Source: an uncultured delta proteobacterium (GTDB taxonomy: Bacteria; Myxococcota_A; Polyangia; Polyangiales; Polyangiaceae). Taken from it: a stretch of 64,000 nucleotides of DNA. Where the stretch lies: positions 736,001 through 800,000 of the forward strand of contig CAWJCS010000003.1 of the NCBI GenBank assembly GCA_963841435.1, written 5' to 3'. Positions 1 through 8,861 of this stretch are shown in pieces. Each line of letters opens with the position of its first letter. Position 1 is the first letter of the stretch. Position numbers and translations under genes: made by a program. Below the pieces are notes generated by a model. The model was given only the letters and a program-made list of their open reading frames with translations, searched no databases and was not told the DNA's origin.

Positions 1-1661
1 TCGGTCCAGTCTTCGATGATTGTCTTTTTGTCGAGGGACAAGCGGTAACCGTCGTCGCCGGTGATCGACAGCAGGTGGTGGCCGCTCGCTTTCGGAACGA
101 GCTTGCCGGTCCAGCGGACGGAGAAGCCGTCTTTAGGCAGGTCGTTCGCCGGAGCACCGTTCCCCCAGGCGAAATCGAGCGTCGCATCGACGCGAGTCAG
201 CGTGGGCGCGCCGAGGAGGTTCGCGTTCGAAAAGTATTCGCCTCGCAAGCCCGCCTGGCCGTCGCGTGTTCGCAACATGCTCTCCGGCACCGGAATGCTC
301 GGCAGGCCCTCGCCGCTCGGCAGCAGCGTCCCGGCCGAGAAGGACACGGTCATCGTGTCGCCAGCGCGACTGACGATGCCGTCGTGCGGAGTGACCAGAT
401 GCTGGTTCGTCCCGTGGTAGCCTTGGCTGCCGTGAAGAAACACGCTCGCTGCCGGGCCGACGACGGCAAGCTTTCTCACCTTTTTTGGGTCGAGTGGCAA
501 AAGGCCGTCGTTTTTCAGCAGGACCATCGATTCGCGCGCGGCCTCGAGCGCGAGCGCGCGGTGCTCCGTCCCGTCAACCACGGACGCCGGGATCGCGTCG
601 TACGGGTTTCGGCCAGGCGGATCGAACATGCCCAGTCGAAACCGGGCCGCTAGCACCCGGCCGAGCGCGCGATCGACGTCGGCTTCCGAGAGGGCCCGAC
701 TCCGTACCGCACCCGAGATTCTCTCGGCGTAGTCCTTGCCGCACTCGAGGTCGCAACCCGCATGAAGCCCCGCGATGACGGCACTCTCTTCCGACGGCTG
801 AGTGTGATGACCCCATACCATCGCGCCGATCGCGCCGCAGTCCGAGACGACGAAGCCCGAGAACCCCCACTCCTTGCGCAGCACCGTGTCGAGGAGCCAG
901 CGGTTCGCGCACGACGGAGCTCCGTTCACGCGGTTGTACGCGCACATGATGCTCTGGGCGCCGCCCTCGACGACGGCCGCTCGGAACTGGGGGAGGTAGT
1001 AGTCGCGGATGACCTCTTCCGGCACGTCGGATGATCCGGAGAAGCGTGTCGCCTCGACGTTGTTGAGTGCGTAGTGTTTCGGGGTCGCAACCGCTCTCAG
1101 ATAGAAAGGATCATCGCCCTGGATGCCCTTCACATACGCCACGGCCATCGCCGAAACGAGAAAGGGGTCCTCGCCGTAGCCTTCTTGGGTGCGACCCCAA
1201 CGCGGGTCTCGAGCGATGTTGATGACGGGGGTCCACAGCGTTAGCCCGAAGGCGCCCTGGTTGTAGAGCGCGCGTGCTTCCGTCGAGATCGCCGTGGCCA
1301 CACGGTGCACGAGGTCGGTGTTCCAGGTGCTCGCGAGCCCAATCGCCTGCGGAAACACGCTCACGCCGTCGCGCCAAGCAACGCCGTGGAGCGCCTCGTT
1401 CCACGCATCGTACTTGGGGATACCGAGGCGCTCGATGGCGGGGGCCTTGTCGCCGAGAAGCGAGGCCTTCTCGGCGAGCGTGAGCCTGCCGAGGAGGTCC
1501 CGGACGCGCTGGTCAAGGGGGCGGTCTGGATCCCGGTAGACCGGGGGACCCGGCGAGGTGAACGTCTGGCTCCCGGAGATCGGTGCGGGTGGTGGTGGCC
1601 GAGTGCACGCGCCGACCATGACGAGCGAAAGGAGCAGAGCGGGAAAGGACGTCGAACGCAT
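1..1661 (-). CDS. GH3 beta-glucosidase/beta-xylosidase lipoprotein with PA14-like insert (runs off window start)
   Basis: Manual translation from ATG at 1661: MRSTSFPALLLSLVMVGAC lipobox; WNEALHGVA, RDPRWGRTQEGYGEDP, KHY and GFVVSDC GH3 motifs; downstream FSVRWTGKL...GDDGYRL is PA14-like. Confidence 0.9.
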   Translation of the reverse strand, partial: MRSTSFPALLLSLVMVGACTRPPPPAPISGSQTFTSPGPPVYRDPDRPLDQRVRDLLGRLTLAEKASLLGDKAPAIERLGIPKYDAWNEALHGVAWRDGVSVFPQAIGLASTWNTDLVHRVATAISTEARALYNQGAFGLTLWTPVINIARDPRWGRTQEGYGEDPFLVSAMAVAYVKGIQGDDPFYLRAVATPKHYALNNVEATRFSGSSDVPEEVIRDYYLPQFRAAVVEGGAQSIMCAYNRVNGAPSCANRWLLDTVLRKEWGFSGFVVSDCGAIGAMVWGHHTQPSEESAVIAGLHAGCDLECGKDYAERISGAVRSRALSEADVDRALGRVLAARFRLGMFDPPGRNPYDAIPASVVDGTEHRALALEAARESMVLLKNDGLLPLDPKKVRKLAVVGPAASVFLHGSQGYHGTNQHLVTPHDGIVSRAGDTMTVSFSAGTLLPSGEGLPSIPVPESMLRTRDGQAGLRGEYFSNANLLGAPTLTRVDATLDFAWGNGAPANDLPKDGFSVRWTGKLVPKASGHHLLSITGDDGYRLSLDKKTIIEDWT

Positions 1662-1828
1662 CGTGGCTTAGGAAGCCCCTTACCGATCCGCACCCGGCGG
1701 AGGCGTGGCCGCAAGGACTATCTTGAGCGTGAGCACTCCTGGCTGCCACGGCAGCTCGTTGTAGCCGAGGCCTGCACGGCCTCGAACCCGGGGTGGCCCG
1801 ATAAAGCGTGACGAGCGGCCGGCCGCGC

Positions 1829-2536
1829 TCAGTTGAACGTCCCGGAAAAGCCCACCAGCGGCACGATCAGTGAGTAGCTCATTCCCGAGCCAAATTGGCT
1901 CGAGCTGGCGCCGGTCGTCACGTAGGCGACGCGACCCGTGACGCCCAGGCTCCACTGCTTCGCGATCCAGAAGTCGTACCCGCCGGCGAGCATGAACGCT
2001 CCGCCCGTGAAACGGCGCTCCTCCTGGATGGTCCGCAGGTTGCGTGCGATGCAGTCCGGAGCGATTGCCGGGCACTCATAGGGGTTCGCTGGGTCTCGCT
2101 GCTCGAAGCGCACCATCTCGAGCGCAAGCCCGGCGAAAGCAATCAAATGCAAGCCGGACGCGGGCCGAGGATAGAATTGCGCAAACACCCCGAGGGAGCC
2201 GGTCCCTCCGCTGACCTTGTCCCAACCCTTGGTCACGGCGGCGTTGTCGTACCTCGGGCTCGGTTGCGCGAACACCATCAGTCCGCCACCGAGAGCCAAA
2301 CCGGGACGCAGCGAGCCACCCAGCATGAGCTCGAGGCCTGCGTTCACGCTGGTCGCGTGTCCTCGATGACGGACACCAGTGTACAGATCGGCGTCGTAGT
2401 TGTGGAACGCCGGCCCCAGCAGCGCGCCCATTTTCAAGAACAAGTGGTCGTGTCGGTAAGGCGCACCGGCAGCGAACAGCGGGCGCGTCTGCACCAAGAG
2501 CGCGACGACGACGACGAAAGCCACCAGCGAACGCAC
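1829..2536 (-). CDS. Putative outer-membrane beta-barrel protein
   Basis: Signal peptide; amphipathic Gly/aromatic strands (GYDFWIAKQWSLGV); C-terminal GFSGTFN resembles a beta-signal. Confidence 0.6.
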   Translation of the reverse strand: MRSLVAFVVVVALLVQTRPLFAAGAPYRHDHLFLKMGALLGPAFHNYDADLYTGVRHRGHATSVNAGLELMLGGSLRPGLALGGGLMVFAQPSPRYDNAAVTKGWDKVSGGTGSLGVFAQFYPRPASGLHLIAFAGLALEMVRFEQRDPANPYECPAIAPDCIARNLRTIQEERRFTGGAFMLAGGYDFWIAKQWSLGVTGRVAYVTTGASSSQFGSGMSYSLIVPLVGFSGTFN

Positions 2537-2539
2537 GGC

Positions 2540-3032
2540 TCAGGGAGGGGGGCAGGGGGCCGTCCAGGGGCACGAGCGGCAGATCGATCGTTCCGGCGGT
2601 CGCATCGAGCAGCGTGAGCACGCCGGCCATGATTGTGTAGTCGAATGCCAGCGGCGACCCGCCCACGGAATCGAGCTTCAACTGCGTCGAGGTCATCGTG
2701 CCGGTGGTGTGCACGCCTTCGGCAATACTGCAGAAATTCGTCACGCGGCAGCCGCTCCCGACCACCATGTAGAGGTTGTCGTCCCCGAGCGTCCAGGAGC
2801 CAACGACGGCGTCGCCGCAGCCGGCACCACCACCACCCGCGCCACTGCCACCACCCGCGCCACTGCCACCACCCGCGCCACTGCCACCACCCGCGCCACT
2901 GCCGCCACCCGCGCCACTGCCACCACCCGCGCCACTGCCGCCACCCGCGCCACTGCCGCCGACGCCAGCGTTATCATCACTGCCGCACGCTGCGATCAAG
3001 CAAACGGTCGCGACAACGGCCAGGCCGTGCAA
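2540..3032 (-). CDS. Gly-rich-linker lipoprotein; probable 1-bp indel near the 3' end, IS66 inserted at the 5' end
   Basis: LIAAC lipobox and (GAGGGS)n linker; removing one base in a G run near 2555-2559 gives ...GPCPPP* with stop at 2540, 3 nt before the next GTG. Confidence 0.6.
2827..2960. repeat. 18-bp coding tandem repeat (about 7 copies, GAGGGS)
   Basis: ccacccgcgccactgcc(a/g) repeated. Confidence 0.9.
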
Positions 3033-3043
3033 GGCGGCCCCGC

Positions 3044-4558
3044 GTACCCGTTCACCGGGTCCGCGGGAGTCAGCTGAGGAGTTGAGGGGCAGGCTGGTTG
3101 CGTAGCATGGCAGTGCAGGCGTCGGTGAGGAACGAGAGGACGTGACGCTTCTGTTTTCGGAGGGTGTGGACGGTGGTCATGACGCGCTCGGCGAAGCGCT
3201 CGCCGCGGTCGCTCTGGGATCCGAAGCAGCGTTTTCGCCACAGGACGAAAGCCCTGAGCTCGCGCTCGGCGTGGTTGTTGGTTGGCTCGACGCCGGGCAC
3301 GTGGACGAAGGTCCAAAGTGCTGCGCGGTGCTCGAGGATGTCGGAAAGGCTCCCGCTGACGCCGCGCACGCCAAGGGAAGCCCCGCGCGCGAGCAGATCT
3401 TCGACATGCGGCTGGAGCGCCGCCATCTTGCGCTGGAAGTCGGGGCGGCTGAGGGTCCCGTCGCGGATGCGATGCCACTCGTGAAAAAGGACCTGGGTCA
3501 GAAGCACGAGGCCGGTGCCGATCTCGGCGACCGGCCCTTGGGAGTTTTCGGAGAACTCGACGAATTTTCGATGCAGGTGCGCCCAGCAGATCTGCCGCCG
3601 CCCCATGGCCCAGAATCCGAACTGGGTGCCGCGGTCGCTGACCAGGATCCCGCGTGCTCCGCGCAGGAAGCGCTTGATCGTGTCGAGCGTCGCGTCCTTG
3701 CTGATCGAGAACACCGTCGAGAGCTCGGTCGCGATGGTCCAGAGCGCTCGGTACTTGCCCGCACGGCGCCAGGTTGTGCCGTCCACGTGCTTGACGGGCT
3801 GGCTGACAGCGTGAGCGTGAGCGTGCTGCACGGGTTTTTCCAGGGCGCGACTCACGCGTCCTTCGAGCTCGCTCAGTGCCCCGAGCGAGATGCAGACGCC
3901 GAGCATGTCGCCGAGGAGGCTGCGTGCTTGCCGGCGGCTCAAGTGAAAGAAGCCGGTCAGGAGCGCCACGAACGCCATCAGCCGAGGGCCGCACATCCCC
4001 GCCGGCACGCCCAGCGGCAGCGTCGCGCGGCTTGCCCGCCCACAGCGTCCGCAGCAAACGGCGTGCAGCCGATGCTCGGTCACGTCGGGCTCGATCGCTG
4101 GCAACTCGAGAACCTGGTGGATCAGCGGATTCTCGTCCTCTCGACGAGGCAGCTTGTTGCCGCATCCCAGACACGCTGGCGGGAAGTGCTCTTCGGTCCG
4201 CGTCACCTTCTCCGGCGGCAAGAGCGCTCGCATCCGGGCCTTGTGTCCGGGCTGCCCGCCGGGCTTGCGCCCCGTCGGAGGCTTCTTCGCCCGCTCGTCC
4301 CGCTGAGCCGGGGTGTCCGCCGACGGTGGCTGGCTCGAGTTGCGCGACGAGCGCCCCATCAGCAACTCGAGATGAGCAATTCGCTTCCGAAGCTCGGCGT
4401 TTTCCGCTCGAAGCTCGCCGATCAGCTCGTCGCGCTCGTCCTGCGCCACGAACCGATTGGTGCCCTGAATCGCTGCCGATGGAAAGCCTCACGTGATCAT
4501 GGAAGAAAATCGATCACTTACCCGACCCTCACACCGCACGACCCCGGTGAACGGGTAC
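3044..4558 (-). mobile_element. IS66-family insertion sequence, single-ORF (ISBst12-group-like), 1515 bp
   Basis: 16-bp perfect TIR GTACCCGTTCACCGGG; 8-bp TSD GGCCCCGC at 3036-3043 and 4559-4566. Confidence 0.95.
3070..4449 (-). CDS. IS66 family transposase (TnpC-like)
   Basis: SSRNSSQPPS, GGQPGHK, CxxC Zn finger, LVSDR, RQICWAHL and PTNNHAERELR motifs. Confidence 0.95.
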   Translation of the reverse strand: MAQDERDELIGELRAENAELRKRIAHLELLMGRSSRNSSQPPSADTPAQRDERAKKPPTGRKPGGQPGHKARMRALLPPEKVTRTEEHFPPACLGCGNKLPRREDENPLIHQVLELPAIEPDVTEHRLHAVCCGRCGRASRATLPLGVPAGMCGPRLMAFVALLTGFFHLSRRQARSLLGDMLGVCISLGALSELEGRVSRALEKPVQHAHAHAVSQPVKHVDGTTWRRAGKYRALWTIATELSTVFSISKDATLDTIKRFLRGARGILVSDRGTQFGFWAMGRRQICWAHLHRKFVEFSENSQGPVAEIGTGLVLLTQVLFHEWHRIRDGTLSRPDFQRKMAALQPHVEDLLARGASLGVRGVSGSLSDILEHRAALWTFVHVPGVEPTNNHAERELRAFVLWRKRCFGSQSDRGERFAERVMTTVHTLRKQKRHVLSFLTDACTAMLRNQPAPQLLS

Positions 4559-4766
4559 GGCCCCGCCGCTGCCCTTGCACCGCTTTCATGCGGGGTACGC
4601 TAGCAGAGTGCGCTTCGGGGATGGTGAAGGTCGGATCGCACTCGCGGCCTCGACGTGAGTGACGGGCGTTCGAGATCCCCGCTAGGTTATTTCCCTGGTG
4701 CCGTCGAATTCGCGGTCTCGACGCCCTGACGGGCGCGCCCCGCCGCGCTCTGTCTCACCCGCCCGC

Positions 4767-5774
4767 TCACGCCACGGGCTCGACGCACAGGTTGAGCCGC
4801 GGTCCGCAGCTCCCGGGCGGGCACTTCTCGCCGGTACAGGTGTGAAGGCACGCGCCGCAGTCGCAGTCTTCGTCGGTGGCGCACGGCTTCGGCACGCAGC
4901 CACGACCGCCGGTCGCGTCGTCACACACGAAGTTGATCGGACAGGCGGCGTCCCCGCCCTCCCGGCAATGCACGGCGGAGCACGAGCCGCTCTGGGTGTC
5001 GCAAGAGTAGCCGGCGTCGCAGTCGTAGCCCTCGTTGCAGTTCCGCGGCGCGCAACCGTGCGCGTCCGCCCCCGCGCGATCCGGCGCGCAGACGTAGAGC
5101 TCGTCGCAGGTGAAGCCGTCCATGCAAGGGACCGGCTCGCAGAGCCCGTTGCTACAGCGCTCGCCGTCACCGCAGGAATCCGCGGTGCACTCGGGGATGC
5201 AGCTCGTCTCTAGACCGTCCTCACAGGGCTTTCGCACCGTGGCCTCCACACAGCGCTTGCCGTCACCGCAGTCCTGGTCCGACTCGCACAGGCGCTGCGC
5301 GGGTAGCTGGGCACCGCAGCCGACCCCGTACTCCGGCGCGCAAGTAGCACCGTTCCTGCAATCGTCTTGTGAGCGGCAGGTCGTCCCCGGCACGTCGGCT
5401 CGCGGCGCGACGCCGGGGCAGGCGGGGCCGTCGCCTGGGGTGCCCGCGTTGCCTCCCGTGCCCGTTCCACCTTCTCCAGCGGCGCCGCCGGTCGTGGGGC
5501 TTCCGGCGCTGCCGCCGCTCGCCGACGCGCCGCCGCTGTCGAAGGTTCCGCCCGTGCTCCCGGCACCGCCACCGGTGCCGCTTGCTGCGCCGCTGCCGCC
5601 AATGCTTCCACCCCCACCTCCTTTATTGCCTGCGCTGCCGCCGTTCGTGCCACCCGTCGCGCTGCTACCGCCGGTGCCGCCGCTGCTATCCGACGTGGGT
5701 CCGTTGCTTTCACCGCAGCCGACGAGCGCAACCACCAGGAGCCAAGGAAGAAATGGCCAGATCGGGACGCGCAT
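4767..5774 (-). CDS. Cys-rich lipoprotein with Gly/Ser/Thr linker
   Basis: LVALVGC-type lipobox, long GGxGG linker, repeated CxxDxDC modules. Confidence 0.8.
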   Translation of the reverse strand: MRVPIWPFLPWLLVVALVGCGESNGPTSDSSGGTGGSSATGGTNGGSAGNKGGGGGSIGGSGAASGTGGGAGSTGGTFDSGGASASGGSAGSPTTGGAAGEGGTGTGGNAGTPGDGPACPGVAPRADVPGTTCRSQDDCRNGATCAPEYGVGCGAQLPAQRLCESDQDCGDGKRCVEATVRKPCEDGLETSCIPECTADSCGDGERCSNGLCEPVPCMDGFTCDELYVCAPDRAGADAHGCAPRNCNEGYDCDAGYSCDTQSGSCSAVHCREGGDAACPINFVCDDATGGRGCVPKPCATDEDCDCGACLHTCTGEKCPPGSCGPRLNLCVEPVA

Positions 5775-5924
5775 CCGACGAAGTGAAGCAAGCCGCATGC
5801 CGGCCGGGGACCCCTTCTTGGCCCGTCCCGGGCGCCCGGCGTGCCACGAAGTGGCACACCGGGCGACGTTCGGATCACGCGGGAAGTTTGTGCGCTGGGT
5901 CTGCACGCGCCCCGCACGCGGTGT

Positions 5925-6965
5925 TCACGGAGCCTGGGCCGGAGACTTTGGGACGCGCATGAGCGTTCCCTCGAACACCGAGAGCAGCGGGCCGGCATCG
6001 ACCCAGTAGACGAAATCCCGAGCGAGCGCGATGCCGAACGACTGCGCGACGCCCGCGACCATCAGCGTGGGCTCGCCGCCGGCGAGTGGAAGATGGGAGA
6101 GCGCCCCGTTCGGCTCGAAGGCGGTCGTCGTGGTGGCGAAGAAGATGCCCGAAGCATCCACGGCGAGCTCGTCGACTCCGATCCCCTCGAGCAGCGCGGT
6201 CGGAGTGCCGCCGCTCGTCGGCATCGTCCAGAGCGCTTGCGTGTCGGCGCTGTCGCCGGTCACCCAATAGAGGCTCCCGTCCAACACCGTCACGGAGCGA
6301 GGCGACGCGAGGTCGTCCGCCAGCGTCACGACCTCGTCCCCCGCAGGGCTCGCACTCTGCAAGCGACCGGTGCCGGGGGTTTCCGGGTCTCCCGCCTCGC
6401 TGAAATAGGCCCCTCGCCCGTCGGCAGCAATCGACGTGATCTCGCTCGAGCCCGTGTAAAGGACGGTGGGCTCCGCGCCGTCGAGCTTCATGACCCACAC
6501 GCTGTCGGGATACCCCGGCGAATTGACCCAGTAGACGTTACCGCCGGCCACCGCCAACGCTTGTGGATAGCTCAACCCCGAAACCAGTTCCTCTGGCGTT
6601 TCGCCATCGCTCGGCGTGCGCCGGATCGTCCCCTCGGTGAAGTTCGTCCAGTAAAGGTAGTCAGCGTCGAGCGCGAGGCTCGTCGGCAGGCCCTGTCCCA
6701 TTGCCACGCTCTCGACCGAGCCGCCCCCGAGCGGCACCGCGAGAACGTCGTTCTGGTCCAGAAAGTAGGCGCGGACATCGTCCACGACAATCGCCACCGG
6801 GAAGCTGAGTCCTTCGACCAGCGTCTGTGGCTCGCAGGTTTCGGGCGTGCACGGATCGAGCGCTGCGGGCGGGCTACGTTTGCCGACCGCTTCGTCGCTT
6901 CCGCAACCACCGAGGGCGAGAGTCAACGCGAGCGGTACGGCACGCGAAGCCCAGGTCATTTTCAT
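5925..6965 (-). CDS. Beta-propeller lipoprotein (YWTD/DUF5050-like repeats)
   Basis: LALGGC lipobox; repeated LAxDxxxLYW motifs. Confidence 0.75.
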   Translation of the reverse strand: MKMTWASRAVPLALTLALGGCGSDEAVGKRSPPAALDPCTPETCEPQTLVEGLSFPVAIVVDDVRAYFLDQNDVLAVPLGGGSVESVAMGQGLPTSLALDADYLYWTNFTEGTIRRTPSDGETPEELVSGLSYPQALAVAGGNVYWVNSPGYPDSVWVMKLDGAEPTVLYTGSSEITSIAADGRGAYFSEAGDPETPGTGRLQSASPAGDEVVTLADDLASPRSVTVLDGSLYWVTGDSADTQALWTMPTSGGTPTALLEGIGVDELAVDASGIFFATTTTAFEPNGALSHLPLAGGEPTLMVAGVAQSFGIALARDFVYWVDAGPLLSVFEGTLMRVPKSPAQAP

Positions 6966-6983
6966 GCCGGCAGGGTACACCCC

Positions 6984-7040
6984 AAACGTCGTCTTGCCTG
7001 CGCCGTTCGGTCCAGCCAGGATCAAGGACTGCTTGTTCAT
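6984..7040 (-). pseudogene. N-terminal relic of a zeta-toxin/AAA-like P-loop ATPase
   Basis: MNKQSLILAGPNGAGKTTF: Walker A right after Met, with no further ATPase sequence. Confidence 0.5.
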
Positions 7041-7102
7041 CTCGTAACACTCTATCTGGAGTCTGCTGGCAGCCCTGCGGGCCGCCGCCTCGAAAGGCTG
7101 AA

Positions 7103-7893
7103 GTGAGCTCGAACACGGAATTCGTGAACATCCCAGGTGCACGGCTCTGGACGGAGTTGGGCGGTGACGGACAACCCTTGATCCTGGTGCACGGCTTCAC
7201 GCTCGACCATCGCATGTGGGACCCAGAGATCGCTGCGCTGCGGGCCAAGTACCGCGTGCTCCGCTACGACGAGCGCGGCTTCGGGCAGTCGTCGCTGCCG
7301 TCCGACGAGCCCTACGCGGACGATCCGCGGCGTTGATGCGGCACTTCGACCTGAAGAGCGCGCACATCGTGGCCTTCGCGCCATGCACCGCTCGAGCTGG
7401 CTACGGCTCGCCGCAGCTGGTTCTCGCTCACGCTGGCTGATCGACTCGGAGGGGTCGCCTTTCCGCCCGAGGTGCGGGAGATGTTCGCTAGCATCAAATC
7501 GACTGCCCGCGGCCCCGCTGGCGTAGCTGAAGCCAAGCAGATCTGGCGCTCCGGCGGCTGGTTCGCGCCGGCACTACAAACGCGGACGTCGCGCGAGCCC
7601 TCGACGCTCAACTGGCGAGCTACAGCGGCTGGCACTGGCAACATGCCGATCCGACGCGCCCGCTGTCGCCCCCCGTCCACGAGCGCCTGGCAGAGCTAAA
7701 GGTGCCGACACTGGTGCTCGTGGGTGAGCGCGATCTGCCTTACAACCATCGCATCGCCGAGCGGCTCGCGACCGAGATCTCAGGGGCCAAGCTGCAGGTG
7801 CTGCAGGGTGTCGGTCACCTCTCCAACATGGAAGCCCCCGCGGCCTTCAACCACGCCGTGCTGAGCTTTCTAGCCGAGGTGCCGGAGAACTAG
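7103..7893 (+). pseudogene. Alpha/beta hydrolase pseudogene
   Basis: LILVHGF...YDERGFG and C-terminal PTLVLVGERD...GHLSNMEAP lie in different frames; stop at 7336; GxSxG nucleophile region appears deleted. Confidence 0.8.
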
Positions 7894-7997
7894 GCGGGAC
7901 GCTCTGGTGCATTTCAACCTGGTCCCGTAGCGCGCAACGGGGAGGGCGAAGCGTCGGGTGCGGTTGACGCCGCGCCCCCCGTGAGCGACGACGGTGC

Positions 7998-8861
7998 ATG
8001 GCGGCGTTTTCCGACTACGAGCGTCGCGCCTTGCAGGAGATCGAGCTCTGGAAGGCACAGCGGCGGGGGGCCCTGTCGCAGATCGTCCAGTACGTGTCGC
8101 ACCGGGCTCCCGCAAGGTGGGTCGCCGAGCACGTTCCCGCCGTCCCCGAGCGCATCACGCGCCCCATGCTCAGGGCCGTGCAGGGGTTTCTCGAGCTGCT
8201 CAAGGACGGGGCCTACTGGACGTACTCGGACGAATCCATCGTCCGCGCCGCCCGCCGCGAGGGTCTGGACGTGGACCGCATCGCGTCCCTTGCGAGCCAG
8301 GAGCTGGAGGTCCTCGACCGCGTGGCTCGTGGGTTTTTCGCTCAGAACAAGATCGCCTCGGCGCTCGAGGGCGCCGGGGCCGGGCTCGGCGGGCTGGCCC
8401 TGATTGCGGCCGACGTGCCGGCGGTCTTCATGGTCGCTTTCCGCGCCATCCAGCAGATCGGCGCATCCTACGGGTTTGACATGAAGGATCCGAACGCGAC
8501 GCCGCTAGTGATGAGCGTGCTCGGTTTCGCGTCCGGCGCCGAGGAGTTCGCCAAGGTCTACTCGTTGGCCGATCTGCACCTCGCCGCGCGCATGTACGCC
8601 AAGGGCTGGACCTTCGACGAGGTCGCCGAGCGCACCGCGACGGGTGGCGCCGCCTTTGCGCTGCGACAAGCAGCCCGCAAGATGCCCCAGGAGATCGCCA
8701 AGAACGTGACGAAGAAGAAGCTCGCGCAGCTGATCCCGCTCGTCGGCGCGGCCGTCGGCGCCGGCTTCAACTACTGGTTCATCGCCAACACGAGCCGCAC
8801 GGCGTACATGCTCTTTCGCGAAATGCACTTGGCGCAGAAGCACCCGGCTCCGGCGACCTGA
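7998..8861 (+). CDS. EcsC-family protein
   Basis: EGAGAGLGG...ADVP, IGASYGFD and KKLAQLIPLVGAAVGAGFN motifs. Confidence 0.8.
   Translation: MAAFSDYERRALQEIELWKAQRRGALSQIVQYVSHRAPARWVAEHVPAVPERITRPMLRAVQGFLELLKDGAYWTYSDESIVRAARREGLDVDRIASLASQELEVLDRVARGFFAQNKIASALEGAGAGLGGLALIAADVPAVFMVAFRAIQQIGASYGFDMKDPNATPLVMSVLGFASGAEEFAKVYSLADLHLAARMYAKGWTFDEVAERTATGGAAFALRQAARKMPQEIAKNVTKKKLAQLIPLVGAAVGAGFNYWFIANTSRTAYMLFREMHLAQKHPAPAT

Noticed and set aside
2076-2539. C-terminal extension of ORF 2076-3032
   Set aside because: Overlaps the 1829-2536 gene out of frame and is best explained by a 1-bp indel near the true stop.
3142-4662. 506-aa + strand ORF and similar long antisense ORFs (e.g. 19618-21810, 24072-26492, 40087-42672, 44435-46834)
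   Set aside because: Shadow ORFs typical of high-GC DNA, lying opposite well-supported genes and with no recognisable motifs.
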